A DNA stretch of 64,000 nucleotides from Clostridiales bacterium (GTDB taxonomy: Bacteria > Bacillota > Peptococcia > DRI-13 > UBA5745), in NCBI GenBank assembly GCA_009782505.1, contig WRIW01000002.1:57360-121359 (forward strand), read 5' to 3'. The position numbers were made by a program, and so were the translations under genes. Shown in pieces: positions 36,131 through 45,571 of this stretch (position 1 is the stretch's first letter; each line of letters opens with the position of its first letter). The notes below the pieces were generated by a model. The model was not told the origin of the DNA. It made no database searches and saw only the letters and a program-made list of their open reading frames with translations.

Positions 36131-36260
36131 GATAATGCTGTGTGGCGATAATACTGTGGTTGTTGGCAAAGCTCTTCTAGGCTCTTCATTCAAGATATGC
36201 AATAATCATACTCGTAAGTTGCAATCTTATGAGTGGCTTGGCTATTGGCTTGGCTATTGG
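36131..36260. repeat. Cluster of three different short tandem direct repeats between divergent promoters
   Basis: GATAATGCTGTGTGG / GATAATACTGTGGTT (36131, 36147); GCTCTTC x2 (36171, 36181); perfect CTTGGCTATTGG x2 (36237-36260). Confidence 0.7.
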
Positions 36261-36272
36261 AAAATGATTCCA

Positions 36273-36301
36273 TTGACGCGTTTGCCCGGCTATGCTATAG
36301 T
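36273..36301 (+). promoter_or_regulatory. Sigma-70-type promoter for the CDF transporter gene
   Basis: TTGACG (36273-36278), 17-nt spacer, TATAGT (36296-36301). It predicts a ~270-nt 5' UTR. Confidence 0.5.
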
Positions 36302-36354
36302 AGCGGAAACCTCTTTGCACTGTATCACGTTCCGCTGCCGGGACGACATCACCA

Positions 36355-36515
36355 GTACAAACTGAGCAGACCGGGGCCGGGTATCGATCCTTGGATGATA
36401 GCCGGGCTTGGAGTCGGGCCGCTGAAGGCGGCAGCAGATCACGCGCAAGTACCTTGCAAAGCATGTCTGTGGGACAGTCATATGTTCCCCTGGACGTGCT
36501 TTTTTCTGTCCGGCT
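36355..36515 (+). promoter_or_regulatory. Structured 5' leader of the CDF gene; possible NiCo (czcD-type) metal riboswitch
   Basis: Hairpins GCCGGGC..GUCGGGC, CCGC-UGAAG-GCGG, CAGAU..(GCAAG-UAC-CUUGC)..GUCUG, then UGGGACAGUC (36470-36479). CGGCAGCAG and GGGACAG resemble junction blocks I recall for czcD motifs. A T6 run lies at 36500-36505. Not verified. Confidence 0.3.
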
Positions 36516-36575
36516 GGAACGAGAAGGATACACAGGCGCCGGAGGAAATACGCGAACAGATTGAGGCCGCATAAC

Positions 36576-37526
36576 ATGAAAGAAAAAGTGGAGTTAACAA
36601 CAGCACGAAAAACAGTACAAAAAACGGAGCAAACCGTAGAAGCACCGGCGGATAAATCGAACGAGCAACTGGCCATCCGGGTATCCCGGGAAACCATCAT
36701 CGGAAACGTATTCCTGTCCGCGTTCAAACTACTGGCCGGTATCCTGGGGCATTCCGCCGCGATGGTGTCGGACGCGGTTCATTCATTATCGGATGTATTC
36801 TGCACGTTTATCGTGATCATCGGGGTAAAGATCGCCAATAAGACAGCCGACGGGGATCATCCTTACGGGCATGAGCGCTTTGAGTGCGTAGCCGCCCTCA
36901 TCCTGTCGATCATCCTATTCGCGGTGGGCGCGGGGATCGGATACCGCGGTATACTGACTATCGTTGGCGGAAACAAAGGAGCCATCGCCATACCCGGCTT
37001 GCTGGCGCTCATCGCGGCTTTCGTGTCTATCGCCATGAAAGAAGCCATGTACTGGTATACGAGGGCGGCGGCGAAGAAGATCAATTCCGGCGCTCTCATG
37101 GCCGAAGCCTGGCATCATCGCTCCGACGCTTTATCCTCTGTAGGCAGCTTTATCGGTATACTGGGCGCCCGTATAGGATACCCTATCCTCGACCCCGCCG
37201 CTTGCCTGGTCATCTGCCTATTTATCGCAAAAGTCGCCGTTGATATATTCAAAGACGCGGTCAATAAAATGATCGACAAGACCTGCGACGAAGAGACCGT
37301 CGAGGCGATCCGTTCCATCATACTTAAGCAGGAGAATGTACAGGGCATAGACCTTCTGCAGACCCGCTTGTTCGGCGATAAGATTTATGTGGACGTAGAA
37401 ATTCGGATGGACGGGGACATGCCCCTGCATATGAGCCACGACGTCGCACATATCGTGCACGACGCCATCGAAAGCGGTATCGGGAATATCAAGCACTGTA
37501 TGGTCCATGTGAATCCTGGCTCCTGA
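36576..37526 (+). CDS. Cation diffusion facilitator (CDF) family metal efflux transporter
   Basis: ATG 36576. Metal-site motifs AVHSLSDVF and AWHHRSDAL, six TM helices and a C-terminal cytoplasmic domain. Confidence 0.85.
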   Translation: MKEKVELTTARKTVQKTEQTVEAPADKSNEQLAIRVSRETIIGNVFLSAFKLLAGILGHSAAMVSDAVHSLSDVFCTFIVIIGVKIANKTADGDHPYGHERFECVAALILSIILFAVGAGIGYRGILTIVGGNKGAIAIPGLLALIAAFVSIAMKEAMYWYTRAAAKKINSGALMAEAWHHRSDALSSVGSFIGILGARIGYPILDPAACLVICLFIAKVAVDIFKDAVNKMIDKTCDEETVEAIRSIILKQENVQGIDLLQTRLFGDKIYVDVEIRMDGDMPLHMSHDVAHIVHDAIESGIGNIKHCMVHVNPGS

Positions 37527-37532
37527 CCTGGA

Positions 37533-37561
37533 TTGTAATTTCGCTATAGCCAAGTTATAAT
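37533..37561 (+). promoter_or_regulatory. Promoter for ybaB-recR
   Basis: TTGTAA (37533-37538), 17-nt spacer, TATAAT (37556-37561). Confidence 0.5.
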
Positions 37562-37602
37562 TGACATAACGAATGTGTGAAATGAAGCGAGGGGGACGGA
37601 AC

Positions 37603-37920
37603 ATGAGCTTTGCTAATCAGCAGAAGATGATGAAACAAGTTCAAAAAATGCAGGCGGATATGGCCCGGCTGCAGGACGAGCTGGGCGAGATGACCGTGGA
37701 AGCCACTGCCGGCGGCGGCGTCGTACGCTGCGTGATGAGCTGTAAGCAGGAGGTAAAGGAGCTTTCCATCGATCCTGAGCTGATCGACCCGGAAGACATC
37801 GAGATGCTTCAGGACCTTTTGATCGCCGCTTTTAATGAAGCCGCGCGCTTGTCTCAAGAGAAGGCCGCCGCGGAGATGACGAAGATCACCGGCAATGTGA
37901 AGATCCCGGGCCTGATGTAG
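37603..37920 (+). CDS. ybaB: Nucleoid-associated protein YbaB/EbfC
   Basis: ATG 37603 after GAGGGGGA. The sequence MSFANQQKMMKQVQKMQADMARLQDEL.. is typical of YbaB. Confidence 0.9.
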   Translation: MSFANQQKMMKQVQKMQADMARLQDELGEMTVEATAGGGVVRCVMSCKQEVKELSIDPELIDPEDIEMLQDLLIAAFNEAARLSQEKAAAEMTKITGNVKIPGLM

Positions 37921-38537
37921 TGGCGGGCTATATCCACGCCCCTGTCATGCAGGAGTTGATGAAGCAATTTGGCAAGCTTCCCGGGATTGGGCCTAAAACC
38001 GCCCAAAGGCTTGCTTTTTTTGTATTGTCTTTGCCGCGGGAAGAGGTCAGGGCTTTTAGCGAAGCCATGGTCGGCGCGAAAGAGACGATGACGCTATGCC
38101 CTGTGTGTTTTTCCATGACGGACGTCACGCCCTGCCAGGTCTGCCGGGATGAGACAAGGGACAGGCAGGTGATCTGCGTGGTGGAGGAGACAGCGGATGT
38201 GTTTTCCATAGAGAGGGCCCGGGAGTACCGGGGGCTCTATCATGTATTGCATGGGTCTATCTCTCCGATGGAAAACCGCCAGCCTGAGGATCTCAAGATA
38301 AAGGAGCTGCTCCCACGCTTGGAAGGCGAAGGGGAAAGGCGGGTACAGGAAGTCATACTGGCTACGAATCCCGATGTGGAAGGCGAGACGACAGCCTTGT
38401 ATCTGGCCCGCCTGCTTAAGCCGCTGGGAATCAGGGCGACAAGGATCGCCCACGGTATACCGGTGGGCAGCAATCTGGAGCATGCCGACGCCGCTACTTT
38501 GGCTCAGGCTCTGGAAGGGCGGCGGGTGATCGATTGA
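37920..38537 (+). CDS. recR: Recombination protein RecR
   Basis: HhH motif KLPGIGPKTAQRLAFF, zinc finger CPVCFSMTDVTPCQVC, and Toprim domain. Confidence 0.95.
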   Translation: MAGYIHAPVMQELMKQFGKLPGIGPKTAQRLAFFVLSLPREEVRAFSEAMVGAKETMTLCPVCFSMTDVTPCQVCRDETRDRQVICVVEETADVFSIERAREYRGLYHVLHGSISPMENRQPEDLKIKELLPRLEGEGERRVQEVILATNPDVEGETTALYLARLLKPLGIRATRIAHGIPVGSNLEHADAATLAQALEGRRVID

Positions 38538-40066
38538 CAGCCGCGCCGCTTCTGGATGCCATGACGAATTATGCCGAAGGCGGAAGGCTGGGCTTCCATA
38601 CACCCGGGCATCACCGGGGAAAAGGCTTTCCGGCTGGTTTCGCGCGGCTTGTGGAGAAGTATGGGCCAGCCCTCGATCTCACGGAGCTGCCCGGGCTGGA
38701 CAATCTCGCCGCCCCTGCCGGATGCATAGAAGAAAGCCAGCGGGAGACGGCGCGCCTGACCGGGGCGGGATCGACGTACTATCTGGTCAACGGCGCCACC
38801 GCCGGATTGGAAGCGGCGATGCTGGCCATGAGCGGGCCAGACATGACGACGATATTGCCGGCGCATTGCCATACAGCAATACACCGGGGACTAGTCCTGA
38901 CCGGAAGCATGCCGATCATCCTGCCCTGCCGGATGGACAGCGAATGGGGTCTGCCGCTTGGGGTGGATATAAAGGCGGCGGAGGTTTGGCTGAAAGCGGA
39001 AGTCTCCGGGCGGCTGCCTGACAAAGCCCTTTGGATATCCGTCAACCCCACCTATCACGGGCTGATGGCGGATCTGGCTTGGGAGAAGAACATTGCTAAA
39101 GCGAGGCCGGATTGGCGCTGGCTTGCGGACGAAGCCCACGGCGCGCATTTGCCGTTTGTCAACGCCGGTGGCGCTGGGGGGAGGGCTCCCGGCGCCCTGG
39201 CTTTCGGCGCCGACGCGGTCGTGCACAGCGTCCATAAAATGGGGACGGGCATGACCCAGACCGGGCTTCTTCATAGCAGCCGGGCCGATCTGGCCGGTAG
39301 GTTGAGGCAAAGCGTCAATATCATGCAGTCCACCAGCCCGTCTTATCTGCTGATGGCTTCCCTGGACGCGTGGCAGGCTTTTCTACAGAATGGCGGAGTA
39401 AGCGAATTACGGCGGGCGGATGAGTTGGCGCGCTCGCTGGCCGACGGGATAAAGGCTATCGGCGGCTATAGGCTTTGGCAGGATGAGCTGCCGGCCAGCA
39501 TGAAAACCGATCCCCGGAAGATCACGTTGTCTTCCCGGGAGCTGGGTATAGACGGGATTTCCCTTGCGGAGGTTTTACGGCACGACTATGCTATCGACGT
39601 GGAGCTGGCAACGAATGAACATATATTGTTGATCGTAGGCTTGGGCCACGACGAGGCGGATGTATGCCGAATGGTAAAAGCGTTGGCGTCCATCGGTAAG
39701 GCCGCGTTGGCGAAAGGCAGCAAGGGCAGCTCGGAAAGAAACCGAGTCATAGACAAAATGTATGAAAGAGGGCAAAAACCATGGAGCCCGGCTATATCGC
39801 CCCGGGAGGCTTTTTTCAGCCCAAGGGAGAAGGTCAAGCTGGAAGCTTCACCGGGCAGGTTGGCAGCGGTCACGGTAGCGCCTTATCCGCCGGGAGTGCC
39901 TGTCATATTCCCCGGCATGGAAATCAGCAAGGAAGCCATAGAAAAAATCATCAGCATAGAAGGATCGGGCATACGCTGCGCCGGGCTGACGAGAGCAGGG
40001 GGAGCGGTGTTCGTGGATGTGGTTGGCGAAACATATTCGGTTTCGAAGCAAGGAGTAAGCCCTTGA
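38534..40066 (+). CDS. PLP-dependent Orn/Lys/Arg decarboxylase family protein (YaaO-like)
   Basis: 510 aa with FHTPGHHRGKG and the PLP lysine in SVHKMGTG. The TTG start overlaps the recR stop (TTGA). Confidence 0.8.
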   Translation: MTAAPLLDAMTNYAEGGRLGFHTPGHHRGKGFPAGFARLVEKYGPALDLTELPGLDNLAAPAGCIEESQRETARLTGAGSTYYLVNGATAGLEAAMLAMSGPDMTTILPAHCHTAIHRGLVLTGSMPIILPCRMDSEWGLPLGVDIKAAEVWLKAEVSGRLPDKALWISVNPTYHGLMADLAWEKNIAKARPDWRWLADEAHGAHLPFVNAGGAGGRAPGALAFGADAVVHSVHKMGTGMTQTGLLHSSRADLAGRLRQSVNIMQSTSPSYLLMASLDAWQAFLQNGGVSELRRADELARSLADGIKAIGGYRLWQDELPASMKTDPRKITLSSRELGIDGISLAEVLRHDYAIDVELATNEHILLIVGLGHDEADVCRMVKALASIGKAALAKGSKGSSERNRVIDKMYERGQKPWSPAISPREAFFSPREKVKLEASPGRLAAVTVAPYPPGVPVIFPGMEISKEAIEKIISIEGSGIRCAGLTRAGGAVFVDVVGETYSVSKQGVSP

Positions 40067-40899
40067 ACATCGTTGTTTGTATAAAACAAGTACCCGGTAC
40101 AACAAACGCAGAGATGGACCCGGAGACGGGCGTCCTAAAGCGCGACAATATCCCGGCTAAACTGAATCCTTATGACCTGTTTGCCCTGGAGGCGGCATTT
40201 CGGATAAGGGAGCAGGCGGGAGGCCGCGTCGCCGCCATTACGATGGGCCCGCCCGCGGCGGAGGCTGCTTTGCTTGAAGCAGTCTACATGGGGGCCGACG
40301 AAGGCGTTCTTCTCACCGACAGACGCTTCGCCGGGGCGGATGTGATGGCGACCAGCTATACCTTGTCCCAGGGCATCCGGGCGCTGGGGGCTTTCGACCT
40401 GGTACTCTGCGGAAAGCAGACCACAGACGGGGACACCGCCCAGGTAGGGCCGGAAATCGCCGAGTTTCTGGGTTTACCCCATTGCGCCAATGTAGTAGAG
40501 CTGCCGATTGTAGAATTGCAGGGCGCTGAACTGCCAGGCGCGGAATTGCAGGGCGCGGCCTTCGCTTCATCCGTCATCGTGAAGACGGCGATGGAGACGG
40601 TAGTCCAGACGCAACGGATACAACTACCCTGCCTTCTCGGTATGGACAGGGATATCTTTACGCCCCGGCTGCCGTCGTATCTGCGCAAGAAGCGGATGAC
40701 CGGCGCCCTTGTGCGGACGCTGACCCTGGACGACTTGGAAGATCAGGACCCGGAGCGCTACGGCCTGTCCGGCTCGCCAACGCAGGTTGAGCGGATATAT
40801 CCGCCCGAATCTGACGCCGAACAGCATGTCGTCGGGGGGACGGCGGAAGAGTTGTCGGCGGAGCTGCTACAGGTGCTGGACCGCTTCCGGCTGGTTTAG
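40063..40899 (+). CDS. etfB: Electron transfer flavoprotein beta subunit (LctB-like)
   Basis: TTG 40063 after AAGGAG, overlapping the decarboxylase stop. The N-terminus NIVVCIKQVPG... and GKQTTDGDTAQVGP follow. A short duplicated ELQGA insert is present. Confidence 0.85.
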   Translation: MNIVVCIKQVPGTTNAEMDPETGVLKRDNIPAKLNPYDLFALEAAFRIREQAGGRVAAITMGPPAAEAALLEAVYMGADEGVLLTDRRFAGADVMATSYTLSQGIRALGAFDLVLCGKQTTDGDTAQVGPEIAEFLGLPHCANVVELPIVELQGAELPGAELQGAAFASSVIVKTAMETVVQTQRIQLPCLLGMDRDIFTPRLPSYLRKKRMTGALVRTLTLDDLEDQDPERYGLSGSPTQVERIYPPESDAEQHVVGGTAEELSAELLQVLDRFRLV

Positions 40900-40909
40900 A
40901 GGTAGATGA

Positions 40910-42229
40910 ATGAAAAGAATCGTCGTTTATCAGGATCGGATAACGCCGGCTTTCGCAGAGAGGCTGAAGCGCTTATGCCCTTTTGGCGCTATAGAAGGAG
41001 AAAACGACGCTCTCCGGGTCAATGCCGCCTGCAAGCTCTGCGGGCTTTGCGCCAAAGGCGACCCGCCCGGGTTGCCCCCGGGCTTGATCGCGATAGCCGA
41101 AGACCGGGAAACCGAAGCGGACAAGGCAGCTTGGCGGGGCGTGTGCGTATTTATCGACTTTACGGAGGGCAGGCTTCACCCTGTATCCCTGGAGCTTCTG
41201 GGTAAAGCCCGGGAGCTTGCAAGCGGGATAGGGCATCCGGTCTACGGCGTGCTCGTGGGATGCGGCGTGGAGGAAGCGGCGCGGGATATGCTCCGCTATG
41301 GGGCGGACGAAGTGTTCTGCTACGACGACGAACAGTTCCGGCTCTTCCTGGCTGAGCGTTATACCGCCGCCGTCGAGCATTTTGTACGGGAGGTACGGCC
41401 CTCAGTGATACTCTTCGGCGCGACCAATGCCGGGCGCTCCCTGGCGCCTCGGTTAGCCGCTCGCCTGCGCACGGGGCTGACTGCCGACTGCACCGCCCTT
41501 GAGATGAAAGAGAGCAGCGACCTGGTACAGATACGCCCTGCCTTCGGCGGCAATATCATGGCGCGTATCCTCACGGCAAGGCGTCGGCCGCAGATGTGTA
41601 CGGTGCGGTACAAGATATTCGATCCCCCGGCTCCGGCGCCGGTGGAAGAGGCTGACGGGGGTCGCGATATCGGCGCCTCCCGCGCAGGGGACGGCGGCGT
41701 CGGCGTCTTGCGCGCCGGGGATAGCGACTCCGGCGCCTCCCGCGCGGCAAGCCGGCAAAGGATACGCCAAATGCGGATAGGCAAGATATACAGCCGCGCC
41801 GAAGTACTGGAGCAGACGCGGAAACCTCCGCAGACAGACATATCCGAGGCGGAGTTGATCCTGGCTCTGGGCAGAGGCGTGGCGGATAAAAGGGACTTCG
41901 CGGCATATGAGGAATTCGCCGCTTCCATCGGCGCCAAGATCGCCTGCACGCGGCCGGTGGCCGAGTCGGGCTTGCTGGACCCGCGCCTGCAGATCGGCCT
42001 GAGCGGGCGTACTGTCAAACCAAAGCTGATGATCTGCGCGGGTATATCGGGCAGCGTACAGTTTGCCGCCGGGATGAGCGGAGCAGGTTATATCGTGGCG
42101 ATCAATACGGACCCCGCCGCCCCAATATTTAAAATCGCCCATCTGGGCTTGGTTGGCGACGCCCGTGAAGTATTACCCATGGCGATGGAGTCGCTCCTGT
42201 CGCGCAGAGAGGATAAGGCAGCCATATGA
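40910..42229 (+). CDS. etfA: Electron transfer flavoprotein alpha subunit with N-terminal ferredoxin-like Cys cluster (LctC-like)
   Basis: N-terminal CPFGAI..CKLCGLC, then the EtfA core and FAD-binding C-terminus ([12 protein letters not shown]). It contains a Gly/Ala/Arg-rich insert. Confidence 0.85.
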   Translation: MKRIVVYQDRITPAFAERLKRLCPFGAIEGENDALRVNAACKLCGLCAKGDPPGLPPGLIAIAEDRETEADKAAWRGVCVFIDFTEGRLHPVSLELLGKARELASGIGHPVYGVLVGCGVEEAARDMLRYGADEVFCYDDEQFRLFLAERYTAAVEHFVREVRPSVILFGATNAGRSLAPRLAARLRTGLTADCTALEMKESSDLVQIRPAFGGNIMARILTARRRPQMCTVRYKIFDPPAPAPVEEADGGRDIGASRAGDGGVGVLRAGDSDSGASRAASRQRIRQMRIGKIYSRAEVLEQTRKPPQTDISEAELILALGRGVADKRDFAAYEEFAASIGAKIACTRPVAESGLLDPRLQIGLSGRTVKPKLMICAGISGSVQFAAGMSGAGYIVAINTDPAAPIFKIAHLGLVGDAREVLPMAMESLLSRREDKAAI

Positions 42230-43614
42230 ATCGGTTGACGAAAAAAGATATAGCAGTACTTAAAGGCCTCGTACCTGAAGGCTGCCTATATACCGGCAAG
42301 CAAATCAGCGAGGATTACGCCCACGACGAACTGAGCGCCGGATCGTATAAACCCCAGGCGCTCATTAAGGCTGAAGATGAGAAACAGATTTCCGCGGTGA
42401 TGAAGTATGCCAATACCCGGCGTTTCCCCGTGGTCGCCAGAGGGGCGGGCACCGGGCTGGTGGGGGGCGCCGTGGCCCTTTACGGGGGAATCATGATCGA
42501 CCTGAGCGGTATGGATCGGATACTGGAGTTGGATAGTGAGAACCTCACCGTGACCGTCCAGCCCGGCGTGCTGCTGATGGATCTGCAGAAGTATGCCGAC
42601 GACCGCGAACTGATGTACCCTCCCGACCCCGGGGAGAAGGCGGCCACCGTAGGCGGCAATATCAGCACGAATGCCGGCGGCATGCGGGCGGTGAAGTACG
42701 GCGTGACCCGGGATTACGTGATGGGGCTGACCGTCGTCCTGCCCGACGGGGAAATCGTGGAGATGGGCGGCAAGGTTGCGAAAAACAGCTCGGGATACTC
42801 CCTGATGGATTTGTTCATCGGCTCGGAGGGAACCTTGGGTATAATCACATCTGCCGTACTCAGGCTGATCCCTAAGCCGGCCAGCTCGGTGAGCCTCCTG
42901 ATCCCCTTCCCCGGTATGGAGACGGCTCTGAGCCTGATCCCCCGCATCATCCTATCGAAAACCGACCCCACTGCCGTAGAGTATATGGAGCGGGACATCA
43001 TCCTGATGGCCGAAGCGTATCTGGGAAAAAAGTTTCCGGATTCCGCCAGCGGATGTTATCTGCTGCTGACATTCGACGGGCAGTCGGTGGCCGAGGTGGA
43101 AACGCGGTACGAAGCCGTGGCGGATCTGTGCCTGGCCAATGGCGCTACGGACGCCTGGATCGTGGATACGGACGAACGCCACACATCGGTATGGGGCGCC
43201 CGGGGGGCGTTCCTTGAGGCGATCAAGGCCTCCACGCCGGGCATCGACGAGTGCGATGTGGTGCTGCCGCGCAATAAGGTCTGCGACTTCATTCTGTACA
43301 CCCACGAGCTGGCGGAGGAGCTTCAGGTCCGCATCCCTTACTTTGGGCATGCCGGGGACGGCAACCTCCATGTGTATGTGTGCCGCGACCGGATGGACAA
43401 AGAGCGCTGGGACGAGGTGCTGGCGGAAGCCTTCGGGAGGATGTACAAAAAAGCCGCCGAATTCGGCGGCCAGGTATCGGGAGAGCACGGCATAGGCTTT
43501 GCTAAGCGGGAATATCTTCACGCGTTGCTTGGCGAGGCACAGATGCGTCTTATGCGCGGGATAAAAAAGGCTTTCGATCCGAATGGCATACTCAACCCCG
43601 GCAAGATCGTATGA
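42226..43614 (+). CDS. FAD-binding oxidase, GlcD / D-lactate dehydrogenase family (LctD-like)
   Basis: 462 aa with the FAD_binding_4 pattern [15 protein letters not shown] and a C-terminal GEHGIG. It overlaps the etfA stop. Confidence 0.85.
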   Translation: MNRLTKKDIAVLKGLVPEGCLYTGKQISEDYAHDELSAGSYKPQALIKAEDEKQISAVMKYANTRRFPVVARGAGTGLVGGAVALYGGIMIDLSGMDRILELDSENLTVTVQPGVLLMDLQKYADDRELMYPPDPGEKAATVGGNISTNAGGMRAVKYGVTRDYVMGLTVVLPDGEIVEMGGKVAKNSSGYSLMDLFIGSEGTLGIITSAVLRLIPKPASSVSLLIPFPGMETALSLIPRIILSKTDPTAVEYMERDIILMAEAYLGKKFPDSASGCYLLLTFDGQSVAEVETRYEAVADLCLANGATDAWIVDTDERHTSVWGARGAFLEAIKASTPGIDECDVVLPRNKVCDFILYTHELAEELQVRIPYFGHAGDGNLHVYVCRDRMDKERWDEVLAEAFGRMYKKAAEFGGQVSGEHGIGFAKREYLHALLGEAQMRLMRGIKKAFDPNGILNPGKIV

Positions 43615-43681
43615 CGTCCCGGGCCAACGGGCGCAAACGCGGCGGCACGAAGAAGTGAAGGGGCGGGCGGCGCCGTGCGGC

Positions 43682-45052
43682 TTAGCCGAATATGCCGATA
43701 TAGCCGAACACAAATACAAACAGGATGATGATGGGCATAGCGATCATACAGTAGTACTTGAGCCAGGCGGGGAAAGCCGCGCCTGTGCCTTCGTTTGCCT
43801 CAGCCAGGAATTTATCCCAGCCCCAACCGACTTTCGTGCAGCAAAACAGCACATAAATCAAAGCGCCCAGAGGCAGCAGATTGTTTGACACAATGAAATC
43901 GAGGAGATCCAGGACGACCCAGCCTTCGCGTATAGGGTTGAATCCGCTCCAAAGGTTGAAGCCCAGAGCGCAAGGCAGGGACAGGATAATGAGGGCGACG
44001 AAATTGATCAGGCAGGCCTTCTTCCTGGACATGCCCTTGACGTCGATGGCAAAGGATACGATATTCTCAAATACGGCAACCACTGTGGACAGGGCGGCGA
44101 AGGTCATGAAGATAAAGAACAGGATGGCCCAGAGCTGAGGGAAGGGCATCATATTGAAAATATTTGGCAGGGTAATGAAGATGAGCGACGGGCCCGCTCC
44201 GGGCGAAACCCCGAAGGCCATGCAGGTGGGGAAGATGATGAGCCCCGCCATAAGGGCGACGCAGGTATCGAGGACGGTGACGTTGATGGCTTCGCCCATG
44301 AGTCGGCGCTCTTTGCCGATGTAGCTGCCGAATATGGCCATGCTGCCTATGCCCAGGGACAAGGTGAAGAATGCCTGGCCCATAGCGGCGAACAGCACTT
44401 CGAAGAAGCCGAACTCCCGTATGCCGTCAAGGCTGGGGATGAGGTAAAATTTCAGGCCTTCCGCGGCGCCGGGAAGAGTCACTGCCCGGATGATAAGGAT
44501 AAGCATAACGACAAAGAGGGCGGACATCATGACTTTCGTGATTTTTTCGACGCCCTTCTGGAGCCCCATAGCGCAGATCCCGAAGCCAAGTATGCTGATA
44601 ATGATCATCCAGATAATACAAGCTGAAGGAGAAGAAACCAACCCGCCAAAGACATTGCCAATGGCGTCGGCGTCCAAGCCGATGAAATCGCCCCTGACGA
44701 CGAAGAAGAGATAAGACAGTATCCAGCCTGCTACCGTGGTGTAAAACATCATCAGCATGTAGTTGCCCGCCATGCCGAACCAGCTGTAGATGTGCCACTT
44801 GGAGCCTTCCGGCTCTATCTCATGAAACGAACGGGCGATACTTCGCTGGCTCGCCCTGCCTACGGCAAACTCCATGGTCATGACCGGTACGCCGAGGAGT
44901 ACAAGGCAAATCAGGTAGATGAGCACAAAGAGCGCCCCGCCGTATATGCCTGTGATAAACGGGAAACGCCAGACGTTACCCAGGCCGATGGCGCAGCCGG
45001 CGGATAGCAGGATAAAGCCGATCCGGGATGACAGTTTTTCTCGATTGTCCAT
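43682..45052 (-). CDS. Sodium-dependent transporter, neurotransmitter:sodium symporter (SNF) family
   Basis: Hallmark GLGNVWRFPF. ATG 45052 after AAGGGGG; the track ORF extends to 45115. Confidence 0.85.
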   Translation of the reverse strand: MDNREKLSSRIGFILLSAGCAIGLGNVWRFPFITGIYGGALFVLIYLICLVLLGVPVMTMEFAVGRASQRSIARSFHEIEPEGSKWHIYSWFGMAGNYMLMMFYTTVAGWILSYLFFVVRGDFIGLDADAIGNVFGGLVSSPSACIIWMIIISILGFGICAMGLQKGVEKITKVMMSALFVVMLILIIRAVTLPGAAEGLKFYLIPSLDGIREFGFFEVLFAAMGQAFFTLSLGIGSMAIFGSYIGKERRLMGEAINVTVLDTCVALMAGLIIFPTCMAFGVSPGAGPSLIFITLPNIFNMMPFPQLWAILFFIFMTFAALSTVVAVFENIVSFAIDVKGMSRKKACLINFVALIILSLPCALGFNLWSGFNPIREGWVVLDLLDFIVSNNLLPLGALIYVLFCCTKVGWGWDKFLAEANEGTGAAFPAWLKYYCMIAMPIIILFVFVFGYIGIFG

Positions 45053-45232
45053 TTTATTACCCCCTTGTTTAAATATGGCAATAGTATAATCGAATGACTG
45101 AGGAAAAGCAATCACCGCGGAGTGTTTGCCGACACAGGAAACGGCTATAGCGGGAAACGGCGACTTATGATAGAATAAGGTGGATCGCTACAGGATATGG
45201 GGCAAAGCCCTATTTAAAGGAGGTAAGATACG

Positions 45233-45559
45233 ATGAAAATGGTCATGTGCGTCGTCGACGACATCGATGCGTATTCTTTATTGGACGCTTTATCGGAAGG
45301 CGGTTTTATGGCGACGAAGCTTGCCAGCAGCGGCGGCTTCCTCCGCAGGGGCAATACGACATTGCTCATCGGCGTGGAAGACGAGAAGAAGGACGAACTC
45401 CTTGAGCTCGTTCGAAAGATATGCAAGCCCAGGAAGCAAATGGTTCCCGTATCCCCCGTGTTTGCCATGGAGGAAAGCGTCATTCCCACGGACGTTGAGA
45501 TCAAGATGGGCGGCGCCGTTGTCTTCGTGCTGGACGTGGTGGAAAACTTCAAGATTTAG
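45233..45559 (+). CDS. darA: Cyclic-di-AMP receptor, PII-like protein DarA (YaaQ/DUF970)
   Basis: 108 aa. The pattern ATKLASSGGFLRRGNTTLLIGVEDEK matches the YaaQ pattern. SD is AAAGGAGG. The syntenic position is before holB. Confidence 0.8.
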   Translation: MKMVMCVVDDIDAYSLLDALSEGGFMATKLASSGGFLRRGNTTLLIGVEDEKKDELLELVRKICKPRKQMVPVSPVFAMEESVIPTDVEIKMGGAVVFVLDVVENFKI

Positions 45560-45571
45560 GCGTCGCTCAGG

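Noticed and set aside
35820-36574. Track ORFs 35820..36023, 36129..36365, 36186..36572, 36233..36574 and 36290..36727 in the rsgA/CDF intergenic region.
   Set aside because: They mutually overlap, have no SDs and no recognisable motifs. They are better explained as non-coding regulatory DNA (promoters, terminator, repeats).
43615-43681. Expected bidirectional terminator between the convergent GlcD-like and SNF transporter genes.
   Set aside because: The sequence is GC-rich, but I could not find a clean stem plus U-tract.
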